Positions 42,270-52,276 of a stretch of DNA of 64,000 bases are shown one piece after another (the first letter of the stretch is position 1; the number at the start of each line of letters is the position of its first letter). The translations under genes were made by a program, and so were the position numbers. This stretch comes from a candidate division FCPU426 bacterium (lineage in GTDB: Bacteria; Oederibacteriota; Muellerivitia; Muellerivitales; Muellerivitaceae). Under the pieces are notes generated by a model that did no database searches, was not told the origin of the DNA, and saw only the letters and a list, made by a program, of their open reading frames with translations. The stretch is from contig CAVTWJ010000005.1 in assembly GCA_963738405.1 (NCBI GenBank), positions 32,001-96,000 on the forward strand, in the 5' to 3' direction.

Positions 42270-42563
42270 ATGGCTCAGGTTTGCGACATTTGCAGCAAGG
42301 GACCGATCAAGGCCCGCAAAATCACCCGCCGTGGTAAATCGAAAAAGTCGGGCGGGATCGGACTCAACATTACCGGTATCGCTTTGCGCCGCCAAATGCC
42401 CAATTTGCAGTCCATCCGGGCCGTCATCAACGGGAAACCCCAGCGTGTCTTGGTTTGCACCCGCTGCCTGCGGACGGGCAAGGTTCAAAAGAGGCAGGCC
42501 GTTCCAAAGGTTAAAACAGCGCCTGTTGCCGCTCCGGCCGCAACTGCTCCGGTTACCGCTTAA
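42270..42563 (+). CDS. rpmB: 50S ribosomal protein bL28 (long form)
   Basis: CDICSK..RRQMPNLQ..VCTRCLR; SD GAGGAG. Confidence 0.93.
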   Translation: MAQVCDICSKGPIKARKITRRGKSKKSGGIGLNITGIALRRQMPNLQSIRAVINGKPQRVLVCTRCLRTGKVQKRQAVPKVKTAPVAAPAATAPVTA

Positions 42564-42581
42564 ACAATTCAGTTTCATCAT

Positions 42582-42622
42582 AAAAGCCGTTTCTTCCCTT
42601 CTGGGAAAGTAGCGGCTTTTTT
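42582..42622. terminator. Bidirectional terminator
   Basis: AAAAGCCG..CGGCTTTTTT between convergent genes. Confidence 0.7.
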
Positions 42623-42624
42623 AT

Positions 42625-43041
42625 TTATCGAAGGGCCCTTCCCTTTAATTTCCAGACTCCGCCCTTCCAGCCCCAGATAAAAGTTTCACTGGAATGGCTC
42701 TGGACGCTCAAGGCTTGAAAAACCCAGTTCAGTTTGACCTTGGCCGTGGAATCGTTCACCCAGGCCATGGAAGCGATCTGCCCGCCCGTCAAGGTGGCGT
42801 CTTGAACCCAGCTTTTGGTCAAGGCCGATTTGAGCGAATCGGCATTATCGTAATTGCCGTCGGTCATCCGATACATATCGGTAAAGTTTCCTTGGACAGC
42901 GGAAGCGGTGAAATTATCCACCGCCTGCTTGAGGGCTTGTTCCCTCGACACCTTTTCATCCGGTGTCATGGAACAGCCGCAAAACAGGATAAACAAACCA
43001 AGTATTAAACTGATCCTGCCGGTATTAATCACCTGTCCCAC
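42625..43041 (-). CDS. Hypothetical lipoprotein (NTF2-like pattern)
   Basis: Lipobox-like FCGC; alpha-then-beta pattern ending WKL. Confidence 0.65.
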   Translation of the reverse strand: MGQVINTGRISLILGLFILFCGCSMTPDEKVSREQALKQAVDNFTASAVQGNFTDMYRMTDGNYDNADSLKSALTKSWVQDATLTGGQIASMAWVNDSTAKVKLNWVFQALSVQSHSSETFIWGWKGGVWKLKGRALR

Positions 43042-43083
43042 CCTTCCTCAAACCATGACGGTCAGCCGTATAGGTAATAGATT

Positions 43084-43545
43084 TCAAGCCTTGGTTTCTT
43101 CGTACTTTTTTTCGATTTGAGTGATCTCATCGATACGACGCTGGTGGCGATCCACACCACTAAAGGGGGTTTGCGTCCAAATTTGCACGATTTTAAGGTT
43201 CAGGTCCACGGGAAGGTCCCTTCCGGCTAACGAAAGCACGTTGGAATCGTTGTGGTCCCTCGTATCGTGCGCCATCTTTTCGCTCGTCACCAAAGCCGCG
43301 CGGATACCGGGAACTTTGTTGGCGGCGATGGACATTCCAATTCCGTTGCCGCAAACCACAATTCCACGCTCCGACTGGCCCGACGATACGCTCACGGCGA
43401 CCTTTTCGGCGAAGAGGGGATAATCGGAAGGTTCGGCGTTATAACTACCCATATCCGTCACCTCATGCCCCTTGCCCTTCAAGAAAGCAACCACCGCTTC
43501 CTTGACGGTAAACCCAGCGTGATCCGACCCAATGGCGATTTTCAT
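43084..43545 (-). CDS. rpiB: Ribose-5-phosphate isomerase B
   Basis: IGSDHAG, CGNGIG, ANKVPGIRA, HNDSN and RHQRR. Confidence 0.96.
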   Translation of the reverse strand: MKIAIGSDHAGFTVKEAVVAFLKGKGHEVTDMGSYNAEPSDYPLFAEKVAVSVSSGQSERGIVVCGNGIGMSIAANKVPGIRAALVTSEKMAHDTRDHNDSNVLSLAGRDLPVDLNLKIVQIWTQTPFSGVDRHQRRIDEITQIEKKYEETKA

Positions 43546-43564
43546 GTTTGCCTTCTATTCAAGC

Positions 43565-44014
43565 CTAGGCAAAATGCCCGGCGGATTTATTTAAATAATC
43601 TTCAATTTGTTTCAAAGTAACTCGATATGCGTCGATTGGTTGACCCACGGGATCTTCAATATCTCGTTCGCCATCACCGGCCACCTCCGACAACATTCTG
43701 ACCTTCGGGCTTAAATCGGGCATTTTTTTTAAAATCATTTCTTTGTGCCGGGCGGTCATGGTAACGATCAAGTCGCTTTCTAAAACCAGGGGTTTGGAGA
43801 GGGGTTGGCTTTGGTGCGGTTCCAGGTCGAATCCCTTTTCCTTAGCGGCTTCCACCGCTTCGGGTGCGGCCGGCACTCCAGGAAAGGCCGCCAAGCCGGC
43901 TGAAAAAACCGAAAGACCCCATCCTTTTTCTTGGGCCATTTTTTTCAAAAGACCTTCCGCCAGAGGGCTCCTACAGGTGTTGCCGGTGCAGACAAAAAGA
44001 ACCTTTTGGGGCAA
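43565..44014 (-). CDS. Low-molecular-weight protein phosphatase, YwlE-like (arginine)
   Basis: CTGNTCRS P-loop with Thr, DP motif, tsaC-phosphatase-rpiB synteny. Confidence 0.88.
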   Translation of the reverse strand: MPQKVLFVCTGNTCRSPLAEGLLKKMAQEKGWGLSVFSAGLAAFPGVPAAPEAVEAAKEKGFDLEPHQSQPLSKPLVLESDLIVTMTARHKEMILKKMPDLSPKVRMLSEVAGDGERDIEDPVGQPIDAYRVTLKQIEDYLNKSAGHFA

Positions 44015-44037
44015 CCTAGCCTCCGGAAGGAAACGAT

Positions 44038-44697
44038 TTATTCGCTGATCATGTGGTCCAAGAGTCTTTCAACCCTGGCCAGTTCCTCCGCCGAGACAAT
44101 GCCGTTGCGAACAAGCGAGAAATTTTTTCGGTCAATGCGGACCACGGCGGTCTCCCCGCCCAGGGGACAAATTCCCGCGTCCAGAACTGCGTCCACCTTT
44201 TCAAGTATCTCCGGGTCCACGTCCTCAAGCCGGACCGGGCTGTTCCCGCCGGTGAAATTGGCGCTCGACACCGCCAAGGTGTCGCCAACGTTACGTAAAA
44301 GTTCCAGCGCAATCCCATGGTCAGGGCACCGCAGGGCCACCGTTCCATCCGGGCCCACCGCGCCAGGCGAGAGGGAAGAAACCTTAGCCCGGCGGATTAA
44401 GGTCCAGGGGCCAGGCCATATTTTTTTAAGAGTATCGAGATCCCTTTCCCGAAAATCGGCTATTTCCAAGGCCACTTCGGGACGGGAAATGAGAATCGAT
44501 AGGGATTGGTTGGCTGGCCGGTCTTTCAAAGCGAAGATGCGCTTCAAAGCCTCAGGTTTTTTCAGGGAACAACCAATGTCATAAACCGTATCGGTCGGAA
44601 AAACAGCTATCCCACCCTCTTTAATAACCTTCGCCACCTGCAGAAGGTTCGAGGGGGTATAGGGTAAGGATTTATTGTCTGTTTTCTCGCCAGCCAT
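44038..44697 (-). CDS. tsaC: Threonylcarbamoyl-AMP synthase (YrdC/Sua5 domain)
   Basis: FPTDTVY, K.R, WPGP.T and SSAN. Confidence 0.88.
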   Translation of the reverse strand: MAGEKTDNKSLPYTPSNLLQVAKVIKEGGIAVFPTDTVYDIGCSLKKPEALKRIFALKDRPANQSLSILISRPEVALEIADFRERDLDTLKKIWPGPWTLIRRAKVSSLSPGAVGPDGTVALRCPDHGIALELLRNVGDTLAVSSANFTGGNSPVRLEDVDPEILEKVDAVLDAGICPLGGETAVVRIDRKNFSLVRNGIVSAEELARVERLLDHMISE

Positions 44698-44822
44698 GGT
44701 ATTCCGTTCTTGGTTGGTAATGTTGAACCAACGTCTTCTCGAGATATCTTCTCAAACAAACGCTGAATTTTCAGCTGTTTTTGAAGAACTTTCAAGGGTG
44801 CGAAAGCGTTATTGTTTGAAAA

Positions 44823-46097
44823 TCATTTCCGGTTCAGGGCCCGCCAGGCGATATCTTTTCGAAATTGCGCTCCCTCGAAATGAATCACTTCAAGGGTCTC
44901 ATAGGCCCGTTGAACGGCCTTTTCAATCGTGGTCCCTATTCCCGTGACGCAAAGAACCCGCCCCCCGTTGGTGGTGATAGCGCCATTTTTTAAGGCGGTT
45001 CCCGAGTGAAAAACCATGCTATTGGGTAACTTGCCTGCTTCTTCCAGGCCCGAAATTTCTTGCCCCTTGGGGTAGCTCCCGGGATAACCCTTGGCCGCCA
45101 TCACCACACAGGCTGCGGGCCGGTCGTCCCATTCGATTTTGAGGTGGGACAATTTTCCCTGGGCCACGGCCATACAAACGTTGACGAAATCGGTCTTCAG
45201 CCGGGGCAAAACCACTTGGGTTTCCGGGTCGCCAAATCGGCAGTTATATTCAATAACCTTAGGGCCGTCCTTGGTGATCATCAACCCCGCGTAAAGAACA
45301 CCCCGGTAGGTAATGCCCATGCTTCGAAGAGCCGCGACCGTGGGTTTAAGTATTTTTTCTAGGATTTCCTCATCCATCTTTTTCGTAACCACCGGCGCTG
45401 GGGAATAGGCTCCCATGCCGCCCGTATTGGGCCCCTGGTCCCCGTCAAATATGCGCTTGTGGTCTTGGGCGCTCACCATAGGAACAATATTTTCACCGTC
45501 CACAAACGCGAGTACAGAGGCCTCCTCACCCACCAAGCATTCTTCAATCAAGACTCGAGCCCCGGCTTTTCCGAAGACCTTCTTCTTCATAGCCTCATCC
45601 AAGGCCTGTTCGGCTTGCTTTATATTCTCGCAAACCGTAACGCCCTTCCCCGCAGCCAATCCGTCCGCCTTGATGACAATGGGCGCTCCTTCTTCGTGGA
45701 TATAGGCCAGGGCCTTCTTGTAACTGGTAAAGGCGGCCGCTTTGGCAGTCGGAATTTGATGATCCACCAACAGTTTCTTGGTGAAAGTCTTGCTGGCTTC
45801 CAGCTCAGCCCCAGCCTTCACAGGCCCAAAAACCATCACCCCTCTTTTCATCAGCTCATCGGCTAAACCTAGGGAAAGTGGAACTTCCGGACCAATCACC
45901 ACCAGCTTGGGCTCATGTCTTTCAGCCCATTCAACCAGACCGGGGATATCGTCCGACAATATGTCGATACATTCGGCGATTTGAGCGATCCCGGCATTTC
46001 CAGGGGCGCAATAAATTTTAGGTTTGCGGGATGACTTGGCCAGGGCCCAGCAAATTGCGTGTTCCCTCCCCCCCGAACCTACAACAAGGATGTCCAC
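44823..46097 (-). CDS. purD: Phosphoribosylamine-glycine ligase
   Basis: GSGGREHA, GLAAGKGV, GPNTGGMG and RFGDPE. Confidence 0.98.
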   Translation of the reverse strand: MDILVVGSGGREHAICWALAKSSRKPKIYCAPGNAGIAQIAECIDILSDDIPGLVEWAERHEPKLVVIGPEVPLSLGLADELMKRGVMVFGPVKAGAELEASKTFTKKLLVDHQIPTAKAAAFTSYKKALAYIHEEGAPIVIKADGLAAGKGVTVCENIKQAEQALDEAMKKKVFGKAGARVLIEECLVGEEASVLAFVDGENIVPMVSAQDHKRIFDGDQGPNTGGMGAYSPAPVVTKKMDEEILEKILKPTVAALRSMGITYRGVLYAGLMITKDGPKVIEYNCRFGDPETQVVLPRLKTDFVNVCMAVAQGKLSHLKIEWDDRPAACVVMAAKGYPGSYPKGQEISGLEEAGKLPNSMVFHSGTALKNGAITTNGGRVLCVTGIGTTIEKAVQRAYETLEVIHFEGAQFRKDIAWRALNRK

Positions 46098-46118
46098 AAG
46101 AGCCCTCGATACTTTTTA

Positions 46119-47693
46119 TTAGTGCTTAAAGTGTCTGTAAGTCGTAAAGATCATCGGGATGCCATGCTGGTTGGCGGCCTCGATGACTTCTTTATCCCGA
46201 ACGCTTCCGCCCGTTTGAATAATGGCCGCAACCCCCGCCTTGGCGCAGGCATCCACACTGTCCCTGAAAGGCAGTAAAGCGTCGGAAGCCATCACGCTTC
46301 CCTTGGCCTTTTCTCCCGCTTGGGCGATGGCAATTTCCAATGATCCCACCCGGTTCATCTGCCCCGCGCCCACTCCCAGCGAAACCCCATTCCGAACTAG
46401 CACAATGGCGTTTGACTTCACGTGTTTGACCAGCTTCCAGCCAAATTCCATATCCTTTGCCAGTTGCGGGTCCGGTTGTTTCTCGCTGACAACTTTATAT
46501 TGGGTCTTATCTTCAGGGGCCTGGTCGAAATCCTGAACCAGAAAGCCTCCCTCAACCCGGCGCACATGGTATCCGGCAGTAGTTCCCTTGGTTCCGCCCA
46601 AACCTTCCAGGCTCATAACCCTCAGGTTCTTACGAGCCTCAAAGGCCTTCAAGGCACCAGCATCGTAAGATGGGGCCATGATGATCTCGAAGAAGCTCAG
46701 TTTTTCCAATATCAGTTGGGCTGTTTTTTCATCCACCAGCCGGTTCACCGCCACAATTCCGCCAAAGGCGGAAAGGGGGTCAGCCTCGAAAGCCTTGGTA
46801 AAGGCTTCGGCGATATCCGAGCCTATGGCCGTCCCGCAAGGGTTGGTGTGTTTGATGATCGTAGCCGCAGGGTCGTCAAATTCCTTCACCAGCATTAAAG
46901 CGGCGTCCGCGTCCATGATGTTGTTGTAGGACAGTTCCTTACCCTGTAATTGCTTGCCATTCACAATGACCGGCAGCGCCGTATTCCTCTCTTTATAGAA
47001 GGCGGCAGGCTGGTGGGGATTCTCTCCATAGCGCATTTCCTGAAGCTTGACCCCCGAAAGGGTAAAGACATCGGGCCAGGTCTTTTCAGATAGATGCTTG
47101 TGAAGATATTCGTGAATCATCCCGTCATATCGGGAGGTGTTTCCAAAGGCCTCAATAGCCAATTCCTGGCGCAATTTAAAGGTGGTGGCGCCGTTGTTTT
47201 CTTTCATTTCTTTGACGATATCGGCATAACGGGCGGGGCTAACGACCACCGTCACACTTCGGTAGTTTTTGGAGGCCGAGCGGATCATGGAAGGCCCGCC
47301 AATGTCGATATTTTCAATGGCTTCGTGCAGTTCCACATTGGGCTTGGCGATGGTGGCCTCGAAGGGATAGAGGTTCACGCAAACCAGGTCGATCGGCTTA
47401 ATGTGGTGTTTTTCGATGGTGGCCATGTGTTCGGCGTTGTCCCGAAGGGAAAGCAGTCCTCCGTGAACTACCGGATGCAGGGTCTTCACCCGCCCATCCA
47501 GCATTTCGGGGAACCCAGTCACTTCAGAGATGTCCTTAACGGGCAGTCCTGCGTCCTTAATGGCCTTGGCAGTTCCCCCGGTGGAAATCAGTTCCACCCC
47601 GTGTTCCACCAACACCTTGGCGAAGTCGATTAATCCTGATTTGTCCGAAACACTTAATAAAGCCCTTTTTATTTTTACTAGGTCTTCCGCCAT
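46119..47693 (-). CDS. purH: AICAR transformylase/IMP cyclohydrolase
   Basis: RALLSVSDK, GRVKTLHP, RYGENPHQ and RHFKH. Confidence 0.98.
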   Translation of the reverse strand: MAEDLVKIKRALLSVSDKSGLIDFAKVLVEHGVELISTGGTAKAIKDAGLPVKDISEVTGFPEMLDGRVKTLHPVVHGGLLSLRDNAEHMATIEKHHIKPIDLVCVNLYPFEATIAKPNVELHEAIENIDIGGPSMIRSASKNYRSVTVVVSPARYADIVKEMKENNGATTFKLRQELAIEAFGNTSRYDGMIHEYLHKHLSEKTWPDVFTLSGVKLQEMRYGENPHQPAAFYKERNTALPVIVNGKQLQGKELSYNNIMDADAALMLVKEFDDPAATIIKHTNPCGTAIGSDIAEAFTKAFEADPLSAFGGIVAVNRLVDEKTAQLILEKLSFFEIIMAPSYDAGALKAFEARKNLRVMSLEGLGGTKGTTAGYHVRRVEGGFLVQDFDQAPEDKTQYKVVSEKQPDPQLAKDMEFGWKLVKHVKSNAIVLVRNGVSLGVGAGQMNRVGSLEIAIAQAGEKAKGSVMASDALLPFRDSVDACAKAGVAAIIQTGGSVRDKEVIEAANQHGIPMIFTTYRHFKH

Positions 47694-47730
47694 AAACATC
47701 TCCTTAAATTGAATGATTTAACCCCTCAGC

Positions 47731-48354
47731 TTAAGGGGAGATTTTGACCCGCCCATGCTCAACTTTAATTTTTCCATCACAAAACAGCTTTACCGCCTCG
47801 GGGTAAATATGGTGTTCAACCTTGAGGACCTTTTCGGCCAAGGTCTCCGGCGTATCCTTGACAGATACGGGAACCGATCCCTGCAAAATGATGGGACCCG
47901 CGTCCACACCCTCGGTCACAAAATGAACCGTGGCGCCCGATTCTTTCTCCTTGGCAGCGATCACCGCCTCATGCACATGATGACCGTACATGCCAGCTCC
48001 GCCAAATTTAGGTAAGAGGGCCGGGTGGATGTTCATCATGCGATGAAGGAAGGGTTTGATCAAAACAGGGGTCAGAATGCGCATATAGCCCGCCAGGCAA
48101 ATGAGGTCGACCTTCTTGTCTTGGCATAAGCTCAGGATTTCCTGGTCGTAGTGCTCCCGTGAACCCTGAAATTCTTTGCTTGAGATGGAAATGGACTCGA
48201 TGTCATGGGCTTCGGCTCTCTCCAGCGCTTTAACCCCGGGTATATTGGAGAAGACGAAAGAAAACTTGGCCTTAAAGGAACCCGCTTCACAGGCGTCGAT
48301 CAATGCCTGAAGGTTGGAACCTCCGCCCGAAGCCAAAACCGCTATGCGAATCAA
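47731..48354 (-). CDS. purN: GAR formyltransferase
   Basis: SGGGSNLQA, NIHPALLP and GATVHFV..D.GP. Confidence 0.97.
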   Translation of the reverse strand: MIRIAVLASGGGSNLQALIDACEAGSFKAKFSFVFSNIPGVKALERAEAHDIESISISSKEFQGSREHYDQEILSLCQDKKVDLICLAGYMRILTPVLIKPFLHRMMNIHPALLPKFGGAGMYGHHVHEAVIAAKEKESGATVHFVTEGVDAGPIILQGSVPVSVKDTPETLAEKVLKVEHHIYPEAVKLFCDGKIKVEHGRVKISP

Positions 48355-48382
48355 AAGACCACCCCTTTAAGAACACCTAATT

Positions 48383-48484
48383 ATTCACCACCAAGGCACC
48401 AAGACACCAAGAAAACCATCAATGTTTTTAAACCTAAATCTTAGATTTTGCCTTACTTGGCGTCTTAGCGTCTTGGCGGTAAAT
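48383..48484. repeat. Palindromic element with 8-nt periodic arms (CCAAG family)
   Basis: ATTCACCACCAAGGCACCAAGACACCAAG ... CTTGGCGTCTTAGCGTCTTGGCGGTAAAT. Confidence 0.9.
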
Positions 48485-50480
48485 CATTTGTTATCGTTTG
48501 GAGGAGTTGGAGAAGGTTTTGCTTGGCCTGGGCGTTGTCCGGGTCCAACTGAAGCGTCCGTTGGTACATGGCTTTGGACTCCGCCTTATGCCCCAGCAGG
48601 AACAGGCAGTTGGCCTCGTCCACCAGCGCTGGAACGCAGGTAGGATAGTCGAAAACCAATTTTTGATAAATCACTAATGCGCCCGAATAATCCTTGCGGC
48701 CTACTTTGTCACGGGCTTCACTGTAGGCCTGCAGTTGAAAAATCAATTGAGGATCTAGGGCAATGGCCCTTTTCATTTCCGCATCGGCTTCCGATGCCCG
48801 GCCTAGCCTTTCAAGGGTCTTACTCTTTTTAAAATGCACGAGCACATAATCCGGTTCCAACGCCGTAACCTGATTGAAATCCTCAAGCGCCTTTTCATCA
48901 TCCCCCATTTGCCCCCGGTTCTCGTAAGTCGATCCCCTCAAATAAAGGGCCATGACATTCAGGGGGTCCAGTCGAATTGAGTTGTCGTAAGCCTTTAAGG
49001 CCCCTTCCCATTGTTTCGATTCGGATAACCCCACCGCCCATTTCAACTGCACATCCGCCCATTGCTTCTCAAAAGCCGTCCAGATTTGAAAAAGGCATAG
49101 CCCCGATGCCAAGAGGGTCAGGGCCAGCCACGTGAATCGGACCCCCGCCAGCGAGGTTTCTTTCGCTTGTATGGGAAAACCCGCCATGCGGTAAAAGCGC
49201 TGGGAAAGGGCCACCGGAAGAGCCGCCAAAAAGAGCAGGGGCACCAACGTGGTTGGAAGGGTGCTGTTGAGGTCGAAAAGATTATCCAGGGCCGCCCCGC
49301 CCAAGGCCGCGAATGCCCCCGCACCCAAGGCAGGGGGAATGGCATTGGCTTTATAGAGTTTCCACCATTGGTAAAGCACCGCTCCCCAGAAGGCCAAAAG
49401 CAATCCCAAGCCGATAAACCCCGTCTGGGCTATCCACGAAAGCACCCAGTTGTGGGGGTCGTTCACCTCGTAGCTTCTTTGGGTTTGACCCATCATCAGG
49501 CTCAAGGGCCGGTAGGCCGGGTATAGGGCCGAAAAGGTTCCGAAACCCACCCCGGTTAATGGGTGGTCCAAAATCATCTTCCAAACCCCCGACCAAAGCT
49601 GTCGGCGGAAAACGACGGAAGGATTTTGCGGGTCCGCCAAAGGGCCCAATATTTGAACCGCCGGGTATGCGCCTAACAGGAAGGTCCCGCCCAATAAAAG
49701 CAAAAGGGAATTTCTTTGGTTTTTCCCTTCCCCCTCCGCCTTGGTTCCCAAAAGAAAAAAAACGAGGAACAAAATAATTCCAAATCCCAAGCCCAATATT
49801 CCCGCCTTGCTCCGGGTTAAAAACAATGCGCCCAGGCTCAGGGCCGTCGTAAGTATCCAAACCATTTTGGTGATCGGTTGCCCGGCGCGAAAGTAAAGGG
49901 CAAGACCTACAGGCCAAACCAAAAGAAGAAACCCGGCCAAAAAGTCCGGGTTTCCCATCCCGGCAATCGGGTGGCCTGAATATTGGTTTTGAACCAAATC
50001 AAGGAGCGGCCCCTTGCCCCATCCAGCGGCTTGAGCAATCGCCCTGATCGAACTTCCCAGGGCCGCCGCCATAAAGACAATTAAAAGATTTTCCGCCTGC
50101 CAAAGTTCCATGCAGACCAGCGTGAAAAGAAGAAAAAGCAAAAGAAAGCAGATCCAATTTCCCCAGGCTTCCCAGCCGATTTGGGAACAAGGTGAAAGAA
50201 GTACGGTCATAGCCGTCCATAAAACCAAACCCAGAAGGGGCCATAGGGCCGCCGAATAAGCCCATTGGATCTTTTGCGTTTGAAAAACCCGCCAGAACCA
50301 TAGGGCCAGGGCCAAGAACACCACGATCCGACAGAGGGATACTTTAGGAAGAAGAAGGTCCATTCCCTTGTCCTGCGTGATAAAAGGCACCAGAAACATA
50401 ACTAGAACGGATAAAAATAACGGGGCGCGGTCCAGCGCCAATTCCCATCCTAGAATTTGATTCGGTGGAGTTTCTTTCAC
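48465..50480 (-). CDS. O-antigen ligase (Wzy_C)-like membrane protein with C-terminal TPRs
   Basis: GNPDFLA, TRSKAG, R..W..HPLTGVG.G and PHN..L.G.IG, followed by TPRs. Confidence 0.85.
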   Translation of the reverse strand: MKETPPNQILGWELALDRAPLFLSVLVMFLVPFITQDKGMDLLLPKVSLCRIVVFLALALWFWRVFQTQKIQWAYSAALWPLLGLVLWTAMTVLLSPCSQIGWEAWGNWICFLLLFLLFTLVCMELWQAENLLIVFMAAALGSSIRAIAQAAGWGKGPLLDLVQNQYSGHPIAGMGNPDFLAGFLLLVWPVGLALYFRAGQPITKMVWILTTALSLGALFLTRSKAGILGLGFGIILFLVFFLLGTKAEGEGKNQRNSLLLLLGGTFLLGAYPAVQILGPLADPQNPSVVFRRQLWSGVWKMILDHPLTGVGFGTFSALYPAYRPLSLMMGQTQRSYEVNDPHNWVLSWIAQTGFIGLGLLLAFWGAVLYQWWKLYKANAIPPALGAGAFAALGGAALDNLFDLNSTLPTTLVPLLFLAALPVALSQRFYRMAGFPIQAKETSLAGVRFTWLALTLLASGLCLFQIWTAFEKQWADVQLKWAVGLSESKQWEGALKAYDNSIRLDPLNVMALYLRGSTYENRGQMGDDEKALEDFNQVTALEPDYVLVHFKKSKTLERLGRASEADAEMKRAIALDPQLIFQLQAYSEARDKVGRKDYSGALVIYQKLVFDYPTCVPALVDEANCLFLLGHKAESKAMYQRTLQLDPDNAQAKQNLLQLLQTITNDLPPRR

Positions 50481-52276
50481 GGGAGTATTTGCCTTTTTAA
50501 GGAAAGGGCCCGGTCGTTATGGGGGTCCAGGCGTAGCACCTCATCCAGCTGGCTCAAGGCGGTTTTCATGTCCTTTTTCACGAAGAGGGCGTAGGCCAGG
50601 TTGAAATGGCCCTCGATGGAATTGGGGTCCAACACCACGCTTTGGCCGTAATAAGCGATGGCTTGGTCCAGGTTCCCAGGATTCTTATCTGCCTTGAAAA
50701 AATAAACGTTTCCGAGGTTCAGGTAGGCTCCCGCCGCCGAGGGATTGAGGGATATTTCTTTCTTATAGGCCTTTTCAGCCTCATCCATCAGGTTCAGTTT
50801 AGCGTCCACGTTTCCCAGCCGGTGATACAGATCGGCATTCGCGGGGTTTTGGGAGATGGCGCTTTCCAATTTTTGTTTTTCCCCCGGCAAATCGGTTGGA
50901 AGGTCTTTCAAAAAGTCGCTCGAAGGAGGGGCGGACAGCCGGGATAAAACTGCCGGGATGGAAAAGACGAAACCAAACAGAGAAAGGGTCAAGAGACCGG
51001 CCGTGAATATCTTCCCGGAGTTTTCCGAGAATCGGAATGTCTTCCCCGACTCAAAAACATTTACAAGCCAGGCTGTTGCCAACCATAGAAAGCTTCCAAC
51101 TCCTGTTAGTCTGCAGTTGTAATCAAATAGGTTCGTAAAACCGGCGCCCACAATGCCTAAAAATAATCCCATCGAAGCAAAATCTTGGGTTTCTTCCCCA
51201 TCCCGGCCCGCCCAAAGAGCTGCCAGGGGTTTTCCAGCCACCCTCAGCCAAAAAAGACTCGCCAAAAACAATCCCACCAGTCCCAATTCCACCCAAAGTT
51301 CCAAAAACTCATTGTGAACGTGCTCGGCAAAAGTGTTGTCCTTTTGCATTTCCTGGTTCAGTCTTCCGCTCATGAAATCAGGAAAACCCATGGAAAATTG
51401 ATTGATTCCCCACCCCAAGATGGGTTTTTGCATCGCCATTTGCGCGGCGCCTTTCCATACTTCCAATCTTTCCGTAGGCCGGTTGCCCAATCGGGCGCCG
51501 AAAAAGACAACCCCAGCCAATACCACAAGGGTCACCAGCGCCACGGCCCACCTGACCCGTCGATCCTGGTAGGGCTTCATACCCATCAAAACCACGAGCA
51601 GGACAAATTGGGCGACCAGGGCTAAGAGACCCGCCCGGCTTCCGGTTAGGATCAAATTGGCGAGCGCTAAAACCCCAACCGCGATTCGAAACCAAACTTC
51701 CCTATTCTGATTATTCCACCCCATGGGTTTGACCAGCAGGACCGGCCAAGAAAGAACCAAGAAGGCCGCAAAGACGTTGGGGTTGCCGAAGAGGGAGTAA
51801 ATGCGGTCCGGCTGCCCGCCCGGTAAATGGGGGATAAAACCCCAAAGAAATTGTTGGGCTAACCCATAGAGGCAAACCAGCACATAAGCCCAACTCCAAC
51901 CCAGCGAGGCCGCTTTTCGGGAGTTTGGGTCCTGCCGGGCCAAGAGGTACAGGCCAATCCAAGGCAGAAAACGGCCCAAGAAATCCTGGCCCGCCGTGGG
52001 CATGGAGCTCCACGCCACCGAAAGACAGGCCCAGGCCATGTATAGGAAAAGGAAAATCTCCAAAGCCGACCAGCGAAGGACCCGTTCTTTTAACCCGGTC
52101 AGGGTCCAAAGGGTTAGGAGTAGAAAAAAGCCCAGAAGGGGTGCGAAGTCTTTGTAATCAATATCTCTAAAGGAGGGCAAAAGGCCCGTACAAAGGGTGA
52201 CTAAAATCCAAGCGAACGCCATCCATTTGTTGCCAGTACCCACGCCCGCATTAGACCCTTTATCGGGATTATTCAC
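50477..52276 (-). CDS. Second O-antigen ligase-like protein with TPRs
   Basis: FGNPN, TGSRAG, R..VW..PILGWG and HVHNEFL, followed by TPRs; GTG start overlaps the murJ stop. Confidence 0.87.
   Translation of the reverse strand: MNNPDKGSNAGVGTGNKWMAFAWILVTLCTGLLPSFRDIDYKDFAPLLGFFLLLTLWTLTGLKERVLRWSALEIFLFLYMAWACLSVAWSSMPTAGQDFLGRFLPWIGLYLLARQDPNSRKAASLGWSWAYVLVCLYGLAQQFLWGFIPHLPGGQPDRIYSLFGNPNVFAAFLVLSWPVLLVKPMGWNNQNREVWFRIAVGVLALANLILTGSRAGLLALVAQFVLLVVLMGMKPYQDRRVRWAVALVTLVVLAGVVFFGARLGNRPTERLEVWKGAAQMAMQKPILGWGINQFSMGFPDFMSGRLNQEMQKDNTFAEHVHNEFLELWVELGLVGLFLASLFWLRVAGKPLAALWAGRDGEETQDFASMGLFLGIVGAGFTNLFDYNCRLTGVGSFLWLATAWLVNVFESGKTFRFSENSGKIFTAGLLTLSLFGFVFSIPAVLSRLSAPPSSDFLKDLPTDLPGEKQKLESAISQNPANADLYHRLGNVDAKLNLMDEAEKAYKKEISLNPSAAGAYLNLGNVYFFKADKNPGNLDQAIAYYGQSVVLDPNSIEGHFNLAYALFVKKDMKTALSQLDEVLRLDPHNDRALSLKRQILP

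Noticed and set aside
44560..44600. tsaC motif variant TVYDIG (usually TVYGL)
   Set aside because: Single substitution in an otherwise intact gene; not enough to call a pseudogene.
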